64,000 nucleotides of DNA. It comes from a virus (taxonomy: Duplodnaviria > Caudoviricetes). Shown here one piece after another: positions 37,711-47,737 of the stretch. The notes beneath the pieces were generated by a model that saw only the letters and a program-made list of their open reading frames with translations, had not been told where the DNA came from and did not search any database. Within the stretch, counting starts at the first letter, position 1, and every line of letters begins with the position of its first letter. Location: the IMG/VR virus record IMGVR_UViG_3300043754_000129, positions 64,001 to 128,000 of that record; one strand, 5' to 3'. The position numbers were made by a program, and so were the translations under genes.

Positions 37711-38046
37711 TTAAGCCTTCGCAAGCAGCTTCTCGAGCTGGCGCTCGAGGAACGGACCCATGTACGACTCGCCAAAGCGCTCAGCGAAAGCTTCGGCGCC
37801 CAGCGCGTGATGCGTCAGGTTCACGTAGTTCATCGGCTGGCGATAGAGCTTCTTCGTGTGACGCTGCACGATTTCGATGACAGCCTTGGCCAGCGACGGG
37901 CGTGTGCGGCAAGTTGCGTTGGCGTCACGGATTTCCTGGGCGAGCGTGGGATACTTGTCCAGCCAGCCCTGCACCACCTTACGGGGAGGAACGGCTGCCA
38001 AAGCAGTCTTCGCGGCATCGATATCGACAACACCCTTCTTCTTCAT
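37711..38046 (-). CDS. Hypothetical basic protein
   Basis: 111 aa, AAGGT RBS, bracketed by hairpins. Confidence 0.65.
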   Translation of the reverse strand: MKKKGVVDIDAAKTALAAVPPRKVVQGWLDKYPTLAQEIRDANATCRTRPSLAKAVIEIVQRHTKKLYRQPMNYVNLTHHALGAEAFAERFGESYMGPFLERQLEKLLAKA

Positions 38047-38071
38047 TTGTTTACCTTTTTTAAAGTTAAGA

Positions 38072-38107
38072 TCATAAAGCCCCGCCGGTGAGGGCGGGGT
38101 CTATGCC
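38072..38107. terminator. Terminator cassette
   Basis: TCATA...CCCCGCC-GGTGA-GGCGGGG...TATGCC. Confidence 0.7.
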
Positions 38108-38306
38108 GTCGTTATAACGGATTCAAATTGTAAAAGAACGTTTCAACTACACCCGGGTGTAGCGATACTGCGGCTCATGGAACGAAGAGCGCAACTACCT
38201 TCAATTGTTCCGATCGGGGATCGCATTGGCTTTACGCTGAGGGTCGGGGAACCCTGTACTGCGTCGGAGGTGCGAAGCCCCAATACCTTGAGCGAACTGC
38301 AATTCC

Positions 38307-38567
38307 TTAATGGAGCTCCGTGCGGAACCCATCATTACAGGCGTAGGTGTACTGCTGCTCATCGTGCCAACAGGCCTTGCCGCAGTAGCGACGCTCGCCG
38401 GTGTAGGACACATCGATCAGCTTACACTCATGCGCCTGCATGAATGCTTCGCGATCACGCTGTTCCTTCACGCCGGCGGCAATGCCTGCGACCATCGCTA
38501 GCAGTAAGCCGATGATGAGAACGAACGCCATCCAGCTCTCGTTCTCGGAAGGAGCCGCGAAACTCAC
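38307..38567 (-). CDS. Small membrane-anchored Cys-containing protein
   Basis: 86 aa; TM helix then C...CGKAC...C; GTGA overlap with the upstream gene. Confidence 0.65.
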   Translation of the reverse strand: MSFAAPSENESWMAFVLIIGLLLAMVAGIAAGVKEQRDREAFMQAHECKLIDVSYTGERRYCGKACWHDEQQYTYACNDGFRTELH

Positions 38568-39271
38568 GCTTCAGCCTTCGAGAGTTCCTTTTCCTTCTCG
38601 ATCACTTTGCCGTTGAACGTCGAGGGCAGCGTGACCGCGAGGTACAGGTTCAGGCGATCGTCAGCGAACTCCAGCTCACCGGCTTGCGTGAGGAAGAAGT
38701 GCGCGACACCGTGGCTGTCCTTCCAGGCGTGACCATGGAAGCCGAACGGCAGATCCAGAATCACACGGCGCCATTCGTACAGGAACGTAGCCACCTGGAA
38801 CTTGCTGTCTTCGCCCAACCACCAGTCGCCGCTGCGCTCGGTGCCGAACAACGCGTCGAACGCGCCGATGAGGTCGACCGGGCTCGCGATGAACTCGGGT
38901 GCCTTCGTCGGCTCTTCGCCTTCCACAGCCTTCTTCGGTTGCAGGTACACCGGCAACATCAGCGGGCCATTGAGCATGTGCAGCGAGAAGAACGGCGTCT
39001 CGTCTTGACCGACGGCCGTCACGGTTTCTTGCACGAGGCTCATCGCGTTCTTCGACGTGTCCGAGGGCGACGTCGTGAGCGAGTAGTTCGCACGGAAGCC
39101 GTCGAACGCCGTGAGGATACGTAGCGTTTCACGGATCGCGTCGGTCAGGCGCTTGCTCTTGCCCGCGCCGTCGTACTTCATGAACGCGATCTTGTCGAGG
39201 AACGCCCGGTCTTCGAGCGGGAACTTGTAGTCGTTGAAACGAAGATGATGCGCGTCGGTCTTGTGGCTCAT
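38564..39271 (-). CDS. Hypothetical protein
   Basis: About 235 aa from MSHKTD, strong codon bias. Confidence 0.7.
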   Translation of the reverse strand: MSHKTDAHHLRFNDYKFPLEDRAFLDKIAFMKYDGAGKSKRLTDAIRETLRILTAFDGFRANYSLTTSPSDTSKNAMSLVQETVTAVGQDETPFFSLHMLNGPLMLPVYLQPKKAVEGEEPTKAPEFIASPVDLIGAFDALFGTERSGDWWLGEDSKFQVATFLYEWRRVILDLPFGFHGHAWKDSHGVAHFFLTQAGELEFADDRLNLYLAVTLPSTFNGKVIEKEKELSKAEA

Positions 39272-39330
39272 TGCTTCACTCAATCCTTGATGAGGTAATC
39301 TGTTCAAAACTGCTCTAGCACAAGATGTGC

Positions 39331-40644
39331 TTAGGCGGCTTTCGGGCGACGCGCGCCGGCAGCTTCCGCGTCGACGAGGAAGTCGAGCGTGTCTTCGACC
39401 TGCGTCGCCAGGTTGTTTTCGATCTGATGCAGCATGTACTCGATCGGGTCACCGAACACGCGGTTCAGCACCATGAGCGAGAGGCCCGGCTGGTCGATGT
39501 CGCAACGCACGAGCGCCGAGAGGGCATGCGGAAGCACCGGCACGAAGTGGAATTCGTACGGATTCTTCTTTTCCTGTTCTTCGATCGTCGCGGCATCCGA
39601 CAGCGGCATGCCCTTGAGCTGCGCCACGAATTCATTCGCTTCGACGACCATGAAGACCGAACCCGCGAACGTGTGTTGCAAGACCACGCGCGTGCCGCAG
39701 GTGAACGTGTAGCGAACGTATTCGCCGTGCTCGAGCAGGCTCGGGCATTCTTCCGCCACGAACTGCATGAACGCATCGCGGTTGAAGATACGGCCGATGT
39801 CCTGACGGTTTTCGATCACGCCCCAGAAGCGCTCGAAGAACACGATGAACGGACGGATCGCCGAACGATCACGCACACGGAACTTCTGCAACGTATCGTC
39901 CGCGCGCTGGAACGCTTCGCCGATCACCTTCGTGAAGTTCATCGGGTGGATGGAGCATTCACGCGACGTGATATTGCCGTTGACTTCGTGCTTCACCACA
40001 CGCGAGATGTCGTGACGCGTGAGATGAGCGCCGCCTTCCTGGGCCCGTGCGAGCAGTTCCTTGATCTCGGCCGTGACCTTGTCCGTGTTCTCGGTACCCG
40101 GTGCCGTGGCGAGCGATGGATCAACCTTCGCGGTGGAGGGTGCGGAAGAAGACGTTGATTGCGTCGAGCTGTTCGGCGCGGTGGTTGCGCTCGGGCTGGA
40201 CGGCTTGCGGCTCTTTACCGCCGTCGACTTTTTTGCCGCCACCTTCTTGGCCGGAGCGTGTGCACCCGAGATGCCCGAGTTCGGGAGCTTCGGTTGTTTC
40301 GGATCGACCACCGGTGCCGGAGCCTTCGCGACCTTTTCGTCGAACAGCTTCTGCTTGGCTTCCTTGCGACCCTTGACCGGTTTCTCGATCAGAGCTGCCG
40401 GCACGCCATTCACGACCTTGCCTTGTTCGACCGACTTCTTGGCCGAGGTACGACGCGTGACGACGGCCGCATCTTGCGGGGTGTCTTTCGCGACAGGCTT
40501 CTTGACTGCCGGGGCTTTCTTCACCGCAGTCTTCTTGGCCACGGGTTTCTTGGCAGCTGCACGCTTAGCCGTCTCGTCGACGATGTGTTGAGCGATTGCA
40601 GCGGTGCCTGCGTTGGAGTTTGCTTTGTTTTTGGTCGTTGCCAT
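39331..40644 (-). CDS. Protein with histone-H1-like Lys/Ala-rich N-terminus and globular C-terminal domain
   Basis: AAAKKPVAKKTAVKKAPAVKKPVAK... then an S/T-rich linker and a ~230-aa folded domain. Confidence 0.75.
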   Translation of the reverse strand: MATTKNKANSNAGTAAIAQHIVDETAKRAAAKKPVAKKTAVKKAPAVKKPVAKDTPQDAAVVTRRTSAKKSVEQGKVVNGVPAALIEKPVKGRKEAKQKLFDEKVAKAPAPVVDPKQPKLPNSGISGAHAPAKKVAAKKSTAVKSRKPSSPSATTAPNSSTQSTSSSAPSTAKVDPSLATAPGTENTDKVTAEIKELLARAQEGGAHLTRHDISRVVKHEVNGNITSRECSIHPMNFTKVIGEAFQRADDTLQKFRVRDRSAIRPFIVFFERFWGVIENRQDIGRIFNRDAFMQFVAEECPSLLEHGEYVRYTFTCGTRVVLQHTFAGSVFMVVEANEFVAQLKGMPLSDAATIEEQEKKNPYEFHFVPVLPHALSALVRCDIDQPGLSLMVLNRVFGDPIEYMLHQIENNLATQVEDTLDFLVDAEAAGARRPKAA

Positions 40645-40673
40645 GATTTTGGGTAGCTCGTTTAGTTGGTTGT

Positions 40674-41243
40674 TTACTTACGACGGGATTCGAAGGCAGC
40701 GTGCAGACGTGCGACCTTCTTATCGATGGTGTTCGCGTTGAGCACCTCGGGCGTGGAACCGGGGTTGTTCAGCGCACTCAGGCCAAACGCGTACATGAAG
40801 GTGATGACACTGACACCACCCTTGTGATTCAGTTCCAGCAACTGCGACTGCCAGAAGATCTCGGCCGCATGCAGCTTCAGGTTGCGCAGCTTGCACAGGG
40901 CGAACTTCGTGTACTTCTCGTCCATCGGCACCTTGGTGTCGAGGTCGACTTCGTACAGCGCGACCGGACCCAGATGCGTGGCGATACCGATCACACGCTG
41001 GCCGCCTTGCAGCACGAACTTAAAGCGCGAGCCCGGCTCCGAGATATCGAGCAGCTCCAGGATCGAGTCCGGCAGTTTGTCGTCTTCGGAGATCGGCAGA
41101 TCGTAGAGGATCGGATCCAGCCCTTCCTTCCACTTCTCTTCGAAATACTCAACGTATTCCTTTTGCTGCTTCTTGATGGCTTCCTTCACCCAATTGGGCA
41201 GCGCTGCGTAGGCAATCGTGCCCGGTTGGATATCTTTGCTCAC
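40674..41243 (-). CDS. Hypothetical protein
   Basis: 189 aa, GTG start with AAGGA RBS. Confidence 0.7.
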   Translation of the reverse strand: MSKDIQPGTIAYAALPNWVKEAIKKQQKEYVEYFEEKWKEGLDPILYDLPISEDDKLPDSILELLDISEPGSRFKFVLQGGQRVIGIATHLGPVALYEVDLDTKVPMDEKYTKFALCKLRNLKLHAAEIFWQSQLLELNHKGGVSVITFMYAFGLSALNNPGSTPEVLNANTIDKKVARLHAAFESRRK

Positions 41244-41304
41244 GGTTCGTTTCCTTGGTTGTTACTACTCGACATACAACTTGACCCATCAAGTAAAGTT
41301 TACC

Positions 41305-41625
41305 CTACTTGGTGGAGCGACCGATGATTTCCTCAGTGAGGGCATCGATGAAGAAGTCCAGCTCGCCGATCTGCTCTTCCGCGACGCGACCGAAGTGACG
41401 CATGCGGTTGTAGATGAGCTCGGTGCGATACGGCAGGCCGACCATGCTCGGCAGGCTCTTCGGATTGGGCGTCGTGGGGCCATTGGCCTTCACGTAGCGC
41501 AGATCGTAGAAAGCCCGTAGGTCATCGCGTGCCTTGATCGCTTCGTCACGGGTGAGCAGCAGCGTCTCGGTGGTTTGATTCTCGAACTGTTTGCGGATGT
41601 GCATGGTGGATTCCGGTGTACGCAC
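41305..41625 (-). CDS. Hypothetical protein (likely early)
   Basis: 106 aa, downstream of a TATATCAC motif at 41655-41662. Confidence 0.6.
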   Translation of the reverse strand: MRTPESTMHIRKQFENQTTETLLLTRDEAIKARDDLRAFYDLRYVKANGPTTPNPKSLPSMVGLPYRTELIYNRMRHFGRVAEEQIGELDFFIDALTEEIIGRSTK

Positions 41626-41654
41626 GATGTATTCCTTGGTTGGTTGACAGGGGA

Positions 41655-41662
41655 GTGATATA
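41655..41662 (-). promoter_or_regulatory. Early-promoter-like motif TATATCAC
   Basis: Context CTCAGCCATATATCAC resembles CTCAGACATATATCAC at 15897. Confidence 0.5.
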
Positions 41663-41699
41663 TGGCTGAGACGGCATAGAGTCCTTTCCCAACCCCCTG

Positions 41700-42310
41700 C
41701 TCAAAAAATAGGCAGGTGATTAAAGAAAGAAAAGAAATAAGAAACAAGAGAAAGAAAAAGAAGAAAAGAAAATAAAGAAAAAGCGGTCTCTCCCCCATTC
41801 GGAGGGCTTCGCCCTCCTCCCCCTCTCCCCAAAAAGAAACAAAAGAAAAGAAGAAAAAGAAAGAGAAAAAAGAACAAAGAAAAGAAAGAAATCTTTAAAC
41901 TTGAAGGTGCTTTGTTCTGTTGCATAAGAATAACGGTGATAAAGTAAAAAAATACAGTATCACTCTTGCTACGCAAGACAAGAGGAAGTCGCAGGACCGG
42001 GATAGGTCCTGCTCCGAACATCAAGGGCTCTTCCAGAGGGTTGGGTGTTTTTAAAAATCAAGTAGCTTGTCCTAGATCGCTACGGCTGTGTAGCAGCCTT
42101 CGCTAGTGACAGCCTAGACTTGGCAGTCAAAGGCAAAGACACAGCGCACACCGACTATACTCGTAAGTCTACTCGATAGTCCTAAAAGCAAAAACTTAAA
42201 AAACAAAACCTAGCGAGGCGGGATCGGGGGCGCGCGGCCGGCGAGAGGGCGGCTGGGACGCGGCAGGAGGGCGCAGGAGCGGCTCGGGCGCAGCGGCGGT
42301 ACCAACGCAT
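41700..42310. other. Non-coding divergence region with A/G-rich polypurine tract and G-rich tract
   Basis: About 41700-41960 is dominated by AAAG/AAAAG runs on the plus strand and about 42210-42300 is G-rich. It separates minus- and plus-strand gene blocks. Confidence 0.7.
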
Positions 42311-42412
42311 GGTCCGGGGCCGGCAGCCGCTCGTAGAGGCTCTGCTATATATGGGGCATTTTTGATCGTCATGGTGTGTGACGCCAGAGGGCGATATTCT
42401 CAAGGAACGATT

Positions 42413-43279
42413 ATGGCATCTTTACTGAAGCTGGCCCTCGAAGGTCAGCTGGGTGGTATGCTCGGCTACCTCGATACGAGCAATGGTCAGCAACACACCG
42501 GCAGCTGGCTCACGCATGGCCAGAATACCGGAGGGCGTGGCCCGGAGGCCGTCGAACAAGGGCAGCGACAAGATCTCGTGGAACTGAAGGGCCCGTTGGC
42601 CATCCAGTTGCAAGAAGCGCTTGCGAAAGTCTACGACAAGCACGCGGACGATCGCAAGGAAGACGAATTCCAGAAGGAAGCGGAAGTCGCTGTTGAATCA
42701 CAAGCGAACGACGCCCTCATGCAGCAGGAGTTGATCGACAACATCCGCATCATGAGCGAAGGCGAAGAGTCCGATAACAGCACGACCGTCTACGGCGTGG
42801 ATGCAGCGGACGTGAAGCCCGAAGACATCGTCGAAGTCGATCAGGCCAGCGGCGTCGATAAGAAGAATCTCGTCGTGGTGATGGTGGCCGACCAGGATGG
42901 CGATGCGAAGCCGCAACTCGATGCGATGGCGACGGCCCTCGAGAGTCTGTGTGAGCGTAAGGGTATCGCGCTCTACTTCTCGATGGAAGAGCTCGCCCAT
43001 CATGCACTGGGACCCACGGGTAAGGTGCAAGACGATGACCCGTATCTCATCACGGTGATGGAATTCACGCACAAGCTCTTCGATAACACGATGACGCCGG
43101 ATGAGTGGTTCTTCCCGAAGGGCTACGAAGTGAAGTCGATCTATCGGGTGAAAGCGCGTCAGCTGTGCTCGGCACTCACGCAGCACTTCGCCTGCCCGAT
43201 TGACCCGAAGGCGCAGCTCGGCCTGAAGACCCCGCGCAAGCTCGCGGCCTATTTCAAGAAGCACGCTCCCAAGGACTAA
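42413..43279 (+). CDS. Probable virion/head protein
   Basis: About 288 aa from MASLLKLALEGQ; acidic, with ALE/AVE sites resembling phiKZ gp175 cleavage motifs (S/A/G-X-E). Confidence 0.5.
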   Translation: MASLLKLALEGQLGGMLGYLDTSNGQQHTGSWLTHGQNTGGRGPEAVEQGQRQDLVELKGPLAIQLQEALAKVYDKHADDRKEDEFQKEAEVAVESQANDALMQQELIDNIRIMSEGEESDNSTTVYGVDAADVKPEDIVEVDQASGVDKKNLVVVMVADQDGDAKPQLDAMATALESLCERKGIALYFSMEELAHHALGPTGKVQDDDPYLITVMEFTHKLFDNTMTPDEWFFPKGYEVKSIYRVKARQLCSALTQHFACPIDPKAQLGLKTPRKLAAYFKKHAPKD

Positions 43280-43379
43280 GTCATGTTTCTGCCCGTACAG
43301 TTTCAACTCATGGCACCGATCATGATGACGGAGATGTTCACCTTGATGTTCACTCCGATTTGGATGTGGTGAGGCTCGC

Positions 43380-43619
43380 GTGAGACCTGGACTTTTCCAA
43401 CTATCCCTGGAGGCTCGGCAGGAAGCACGCCCGAATGCTGAGCGCTTCAAGAACGAACTCGGCAACGAGATCACGCTGGCCGTGTATCCTAAACCTACGG
43501 ATGGCGTCGAAGGCGTGATGATCTTCATTCGCGGTCCTTCGTCGGACACCGAGAACCACATCACCAAGATCGAGGCAGAGCGCATGTACGCACAACTCGG
43601 CAAGGTGTTGGGCAAATAG
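43380..43619 (+). CDS. Small hypothetical protein
   Basis: 79 aa, GTG start after GTGAGG. Confidence 0.55.
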   Translation: MRPGLFQLSLEARQEARPNAERFKNELGNEITLAVYPKPTDGVEGVMIFIRGPSSDTENHITKIEAERMYAQLGKVLGK

Positions 43620-43626
43620 GACAATC

Positions 43627-44913
43627 ATGGCAGAGGAAATCAACAACGGTCTGACCGTGCGCTTCGCAGGCAACAACCCGGATACGACTCGTGGCCTCGT
43701 GGCCAAGGTCTTCCAGGCAGCCTGCGGCTCGCTCGCGATCGACCATAACTTCATCAAGAAGCTCTCGCTCTTCCGGCTGCGCTGGGTGCAGAAGAATCCC
43801 GATCATATCGAGTTCTTCGGTGGCAACCTGCTCGGCGTGCAAGTCGTGCGCTTTACCGATACCGACCGGGATCAATGGTTCGATGAAATTTTAAATGTGG
43901 ACCAGCATCATCTGCGGGATGAGCTGCACGCATTGCCGACCATCAATCCCGAGTTCAAGGTGTCCTCGGATCCGCTGAACCTCTCGTGTGCCTGGTTGAT
44001 GCATGCCATCTTCCGCGCACCGAAGCTCACGAAGGAACAAAAGCATCAGGGCATGATGGATGTCGCCCTCGTGCTTCAGTACAAGTTCTTGACGTCGCGC
44101 CTGTACCAGCACTTCCGCTATCCGGCAGATCGGGAAACGGCAGAGGCCACGTATGCGTCGCTCTCGAACAAGTACGCGATCAAACAGCTGGGAAGCTGGA
44201 ACGCGGTGCTCAACCAACGGAGCGAAGATTTGATCTCGCCCGAAGGTCTGCACTTCAACGCCATCAACAAGATGGACAATGACCTGGAAGTGATCTACCT
44301 GTTGAACGACACACAGGGCCGGATCCGGGACATGCTGAAGAACATCTACGATGTCTTCCTCACGATCCACCACCAGGGCATTCGCATCCAGTCGACGTCC
44401 TCGATTGTGGACTACGATGGCGAAGCGGTCTTGAAAGACAAGAGTCGTAACCTCTTGGCCTACACGCGCTACCTGCATGCGATCGTGACGGACAAGGGGT
44501 CGTTTGTGCGTGAGGAGTTGCTCGGCATCATCGAGAAGCTGATGTACACGACGCCACCGCGCCTGTTCCGTGAAACGCTCTCCTGGATTTCGGATAACTA
44601 CCGACAGTCCGGGGCCAAGAAGATTGAAGAGCTGCTGAATGAAGTCTTGATTCATGCCTTCGATTACCTGGCCGAGGAGCGCAGCATGGTGGCAGCGCAT
44701 CCGGACTTGCCGACGCTCTTAGCACGTCTGCGCGGTGTCTACACATCGAGCCGCTCGATTGACCCGGCGCTTTTCTCGTTGCGGGAGAAAACCGAGTGGT
44801 GTGTGCGACAAGCCACCGGTAACAAAAATGATAGCGTTATCGCATCGGTCCGAACTGCTGTACTTTTGTACATCGTCGCGCGCACCATGACCATGACCTA
44901 TTACACGAAGTAA
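43627..44913 (+). CDS. Conserved jumbo-phage virion-associated protein
   Basis: 428 aa with NPDHIEFFGGNLLGVQVVRF; near terminase; AGGA RBS. Confidence 0.6.
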   Translation: MAEEINNGLTVRFAGNNPDTTRGLVAKVFQAACGSLAIDHNFIKKLSLFRLRWVQKNPDHIEFFGGNLLGVQVVRFTDTDRDQWFDEILNVDQHHLRDELHALPTINPEFKVSSDPLNLSCAWLMHAIFRAPKLTKEQKHQGMMDVALVLQYKFLTSRLYQHFRYPADRETAEATYASLSNKYAIKQLGSWNAVLNQRSEDLISPEGLHFNAINKMDNDLEVIYLLNDTQGRIRDMLKNIYDVFLTIHHQGIRIQSTSSIVDYDGEAVLKDKSRNLLAYTRYLHAIVTDKGSFVREELLGIIEKLMYTTPPRLFRETLSWISDNYRQSGAKKIEELLNEVLIHAFDYLAEERSMVAAHPDLPTLLARLRGVYTSSRSIDPALFSLREKTEWCVRQATGNKNDSVIASVRTAVLLYIVARTMTMTYYTK

Positions 44914-44956
44914 AACCAGCGTAGGGTAATTCCACCACTATCGACAGGTTGTCATC

Positions 44957-45343
44957 ATGGTTCTGAAGTTATTGCGTTGGCTCGCAGGGCCGTCGCAGGT
45001 ATCGTTAGATACCACAGTGGAGAATCACGTCTCGAGTCTGACCGCGGTAAGCGTGCATGGCTACGAGATGACGATCCACTGCAAAGCCGTATATTTCAAG
45101 CGGCGGTATCAGCGTTTCTTCATGCCGACAAAGCGTTTGGCTGTGTATTCGATCAGCAACACCGTGACGGCGGATGCACCCGAGCGTCTGCGCGAGATCG
45201 CGGCTCCGTTCACTGTGAACTGGCCACGTGAGTGCACGTACTACCTTGACGAAGACCGTCAGAAACAGGGCGCCGTTGAAGCGTACCTGGATCTGCTCTT
45301 AGCGAAACTGGATCGACGAGACCCGGCTCGCTTTGACTGGTAA
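44957..45343 (+). CDS. Hypothetical protein
   Basis: 128 aa, followed by a terminator cassette. Confidence 0.6.
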   Translation: MVLKLLRWLAGPSQVSLDTTVENHVSSLTAVSVHGYEMTIHCKAVYFKRRYQRFFMPTKRLAVYSISNTVTADAPERLREIAAPFTVNWPRECTYYLDEDRQKQGAVEAYLDLLLAKLDRRDPARFDW

Positions 45344-45350
45344 GTCGACA

Positions 45351-45385
45351 GCATAGACCCCGCCCGGTTGGGCGGGGCTTATGCC
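45351..45385. terminator. Bidirectional terminator cassette
   Basis: GCATA-GACCCCGCCC-GGTT-GGGCGGGGCT-TATGCC between convergent genes. Confidence 0.8.
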
Positions 45386-45386
45386 G

Positions 45387-47651
45387 TTAGCGGAAATGCC
45401 GGCCAAACTGACTGAAGCCACCCCGGATCGGACCACGACCCAGTGAGCCCACAGGCGGGGTATCGGTAAAGCTCGATTCGACGTTCCCGTACGCCACACC
45501 CGTCTTACGCGAGAGACCCTTGCCTTCCCGGATCTTCTCCCGACGCTGCTCGCGCGACTTCGCGATAAGAGTGTCGAGCGAGAACACTTCACCTTCTTCG
45601 CGCACAATCCCCTTATTCAGAATCCGCAGCTGATGCTCCAGACGCATGATGACCCACTCATCGTCTTCCTTCGAGAGTTGCGTGACGAGATCATTCATCT
45701 CTTCGCGCAGGCGCTCTTGCTCCTGACGGAACATGAGGTCGGCTGTGTACTCTTCCGAGGCTTGGCTGGAAATCCCCATGCCGATACGACGCTGGTCGAT
45801 GCCGTAGAAGGCGAGTTGCTTGCCCTTGGTGATGAGCCAGTGGCAGAGCAGCCAACCAATCACCATGTCGTCGTGCGAGCCGTCTTCGTGGTCGATCCGG
45901 CCGTTCTTGGTCACGAGTCCCGTGATCTGATCGATCAGGGTCTTGTCGATGATGAAGTTGCACGAACGCTTGGCTGCGAGTTGCAGCGTCGTCGAGTAGA
46001 GCTCCATCCGCGAGTTCTGACCAAGGCCACCCGAGGTCGCGAAACCGAACGTCTTCTTGTAGCGCACGTAGACGTCTTGACCGCGACGCACCATCGGCAC
46101 TTGGATTTCCTTGAAGCGATCGGGCATCTCATCGTACTCTTGCACGACGCGATTGTAGATGCGCTTGAAGGGATCAATACCCAGGCTCGGCAGCATGAGC
46201 AACAGGTAGTCCATGAGCATACCGCCCGTGGAGCGCCGCTCAATAATGCCAGTCGTCGTGTCCCAGCGCGTGAACCAACTGCACACCCACTTACAGAAAG
46301 TGATCAGGTTGGTTTCGTTGTACGTGCCACCGGCCACGACTTCGAGCGTTTCCACGTCCAGCAACACGAGCGAGATATCATCGCCACCCGACGCTTCAGA
46401 CGTATCCATGCCGAAGATGTAGCGACCATGACGCATACGCGACTCGATCTCTTCCTCAGGAATGTACCAGCGCGTGATGTAGCCTTCGGGGCTGATCTCG
46501 GTGTACTTGACTTCTTGCACCGACTTCGAGATCGCTTCCAGAATGTAGATCGGCAACGGGTTCGATTGGCTACCCGAGGTCCACATGTTAAAGTAGTCTC
46601 GGTTTGCGTCGTCACCCGACACGGTCGCTTCTTCCAGTTTCTGACGCAACCACTTGTCGTCCTTACCCAGTTGCCGGTGGTTCAGGGTGATGTTCACCCG
46701 GTACACGCCACCGTGCTCACCCTTGGATGCTTTCCGCACCATGTCTTCGAGTTCTTCCGGACCCTTCGCGTCGTAGAACTTCTCGGTCCACACGGCCGCA
46801 CCACTTACCAGCTTAAAGACGAACTTGCCGTCCTTGTCGTCCTTCTTGCCGGCCGTCGTTGTGATGATGGTACCGTAAGGCGAGCCGTTAGCTTTCGCCT
46901 TATCAACTGCCGCACCGGTTGCAGCCAGGGCCGAACCCATGGCGATTTCGATGTTCGGCTGGAATGGCGCCTCGTCGATGTGGAAGATGGGTGAGGTCAA
47001 ACCGCGACCCAGCTTGTACGCGCCCTTTTCCGACGACTGTGGTACGTGCGTCTTGTACTTGTTGTTCAGCGAATTGACGGTAATGACTTCCCCGTTATTC
47101 GTGTCGTCCTTGCCCCGTTGCTGGAGATAGCCCGGGAGCTCCGACATGATGTTCTTAATCCGGTCAATGTTGGCACGACGCAGAATGTCGTCCTTCGTCA
47201 ACAGGTTGATGTCGGTGTTCTGGCACATGAAGTTCATGAGCAGCGTCATCAACATGTCGGTGTTCAGTGACTTACCCGTCTGACGGATCTGGATGAGGAA
47301 AGTCATGATGTGGTTAAAGAAGCACCAGAACAGTGCGACGTTACCACGGTTGCCCAAGAGCTGGGTAGCCGGACCGCCACCGATGGCAGGTACGCGCGCA
47401 ATCTCGCGCATGAAGTACCACGGGTTGTTGGCGATCTCCACTGCAATCGACGCCATCTCTTCGAGGGTGAGGTCGGGCGCAAAGGGATCGAGCCCCTGGA
47501 GGTCAGGGTTCAAGAGGGCGAGACAGAACGCGTTGTTGATCACGCCCATCTTGCGATAAAGCCCTGCGAGCCGCACAAAGCTTTCATTCGACGTTTTCAT
47601 GTCGATGATGGCACGGGGGTGTTTGTACCAGTCGTCTGCAAAAAGAATCAT
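45387..47651 (-). CDS. terL: Terminase large subunit (phiKZ gp25-like)
   Basis: Walker A QIRQTGKS, Walker B IFHIDEA, nuclease motifs GMDTSE and HDDMVIGWLL; start at MILFADDW. Confidence 0.92.
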   Translation of the reverse strand: MILFADDWYKHPRAIIDMKTSNESFVRLAGLYRKMGVINNAFCLALLNPDLQGLDPFAPDLTLEEMASIAVEIANNPWYFMREIARVPAIGGGPATQLLGNRGNVALFWCFFNHIMTFLIQIRQTGKSLNTDMLMTLLMNFMCQNTDINLLTKDDILRRANIDRIKNIMSELPGYLQQRGKDDTNNGEVITVNSLNNKYKTHVPQSSEKGAYKLGRGLTSPIFHIDEAPFQPNIEIAMGSALAATGAAVDKAKANGSPYGTIITTTAGKKDDKDGKFVFKLVSGAAVWTEKFYDAKGPEELEDMVRKASKGEHGGVYRVNITLNHRQLGKDDKWLRQKLEEATVSGDDANRDYFNMWTSGSQSNPLPIYILEAISKSVQEVKYTEISPEGYITRWYIPEEEIESRMRHGRYIFGMDTSEASGGDDISLVLLDVETLEVVAGGTYNETNLITFCKWVCSWFTRWDTTTGIIERRSTGGMLMDYLLLMLPSLGIDPFKRIYNRVVQEYDEMPDRFKEIQVPMVRRGQDVYVRYKKTFGFATSGGLGQNSRMELYSTTLQLAAKRSCNFIIDKTLIDQITGLVTKNGRIDHEDGSHDDMVIGWLLCHWLITKGKQLAFYGIDQRRIGMGISSQASEEYTADLMFRQEQERLREEMNDLVTQLSKEDDEWVIMRLEHQLRILNKGIVREEGEVFSLDTLIAKSREQRREKIREGKGLSRKTGVAYGNVESSFTDTPPVGSLGRGPIRGGFSQFGRHFR

Positions 47652-47737
47652 TTCTGAATCCTGCTTAATTTTTAGTCTATCTTCATCTGCCGTCCAGCCC
47701 GCCCTCGTGAGAAGGCGAGCCAGACGACAGACGTCGG

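Noticed and set aside
41490-42024. Phe/Leu-rich 'membrane protein' ORFs 41490-41798 and 41701-42024
   Set aside because: Artefacts of translating the polypurine/polypyrimidine tract.
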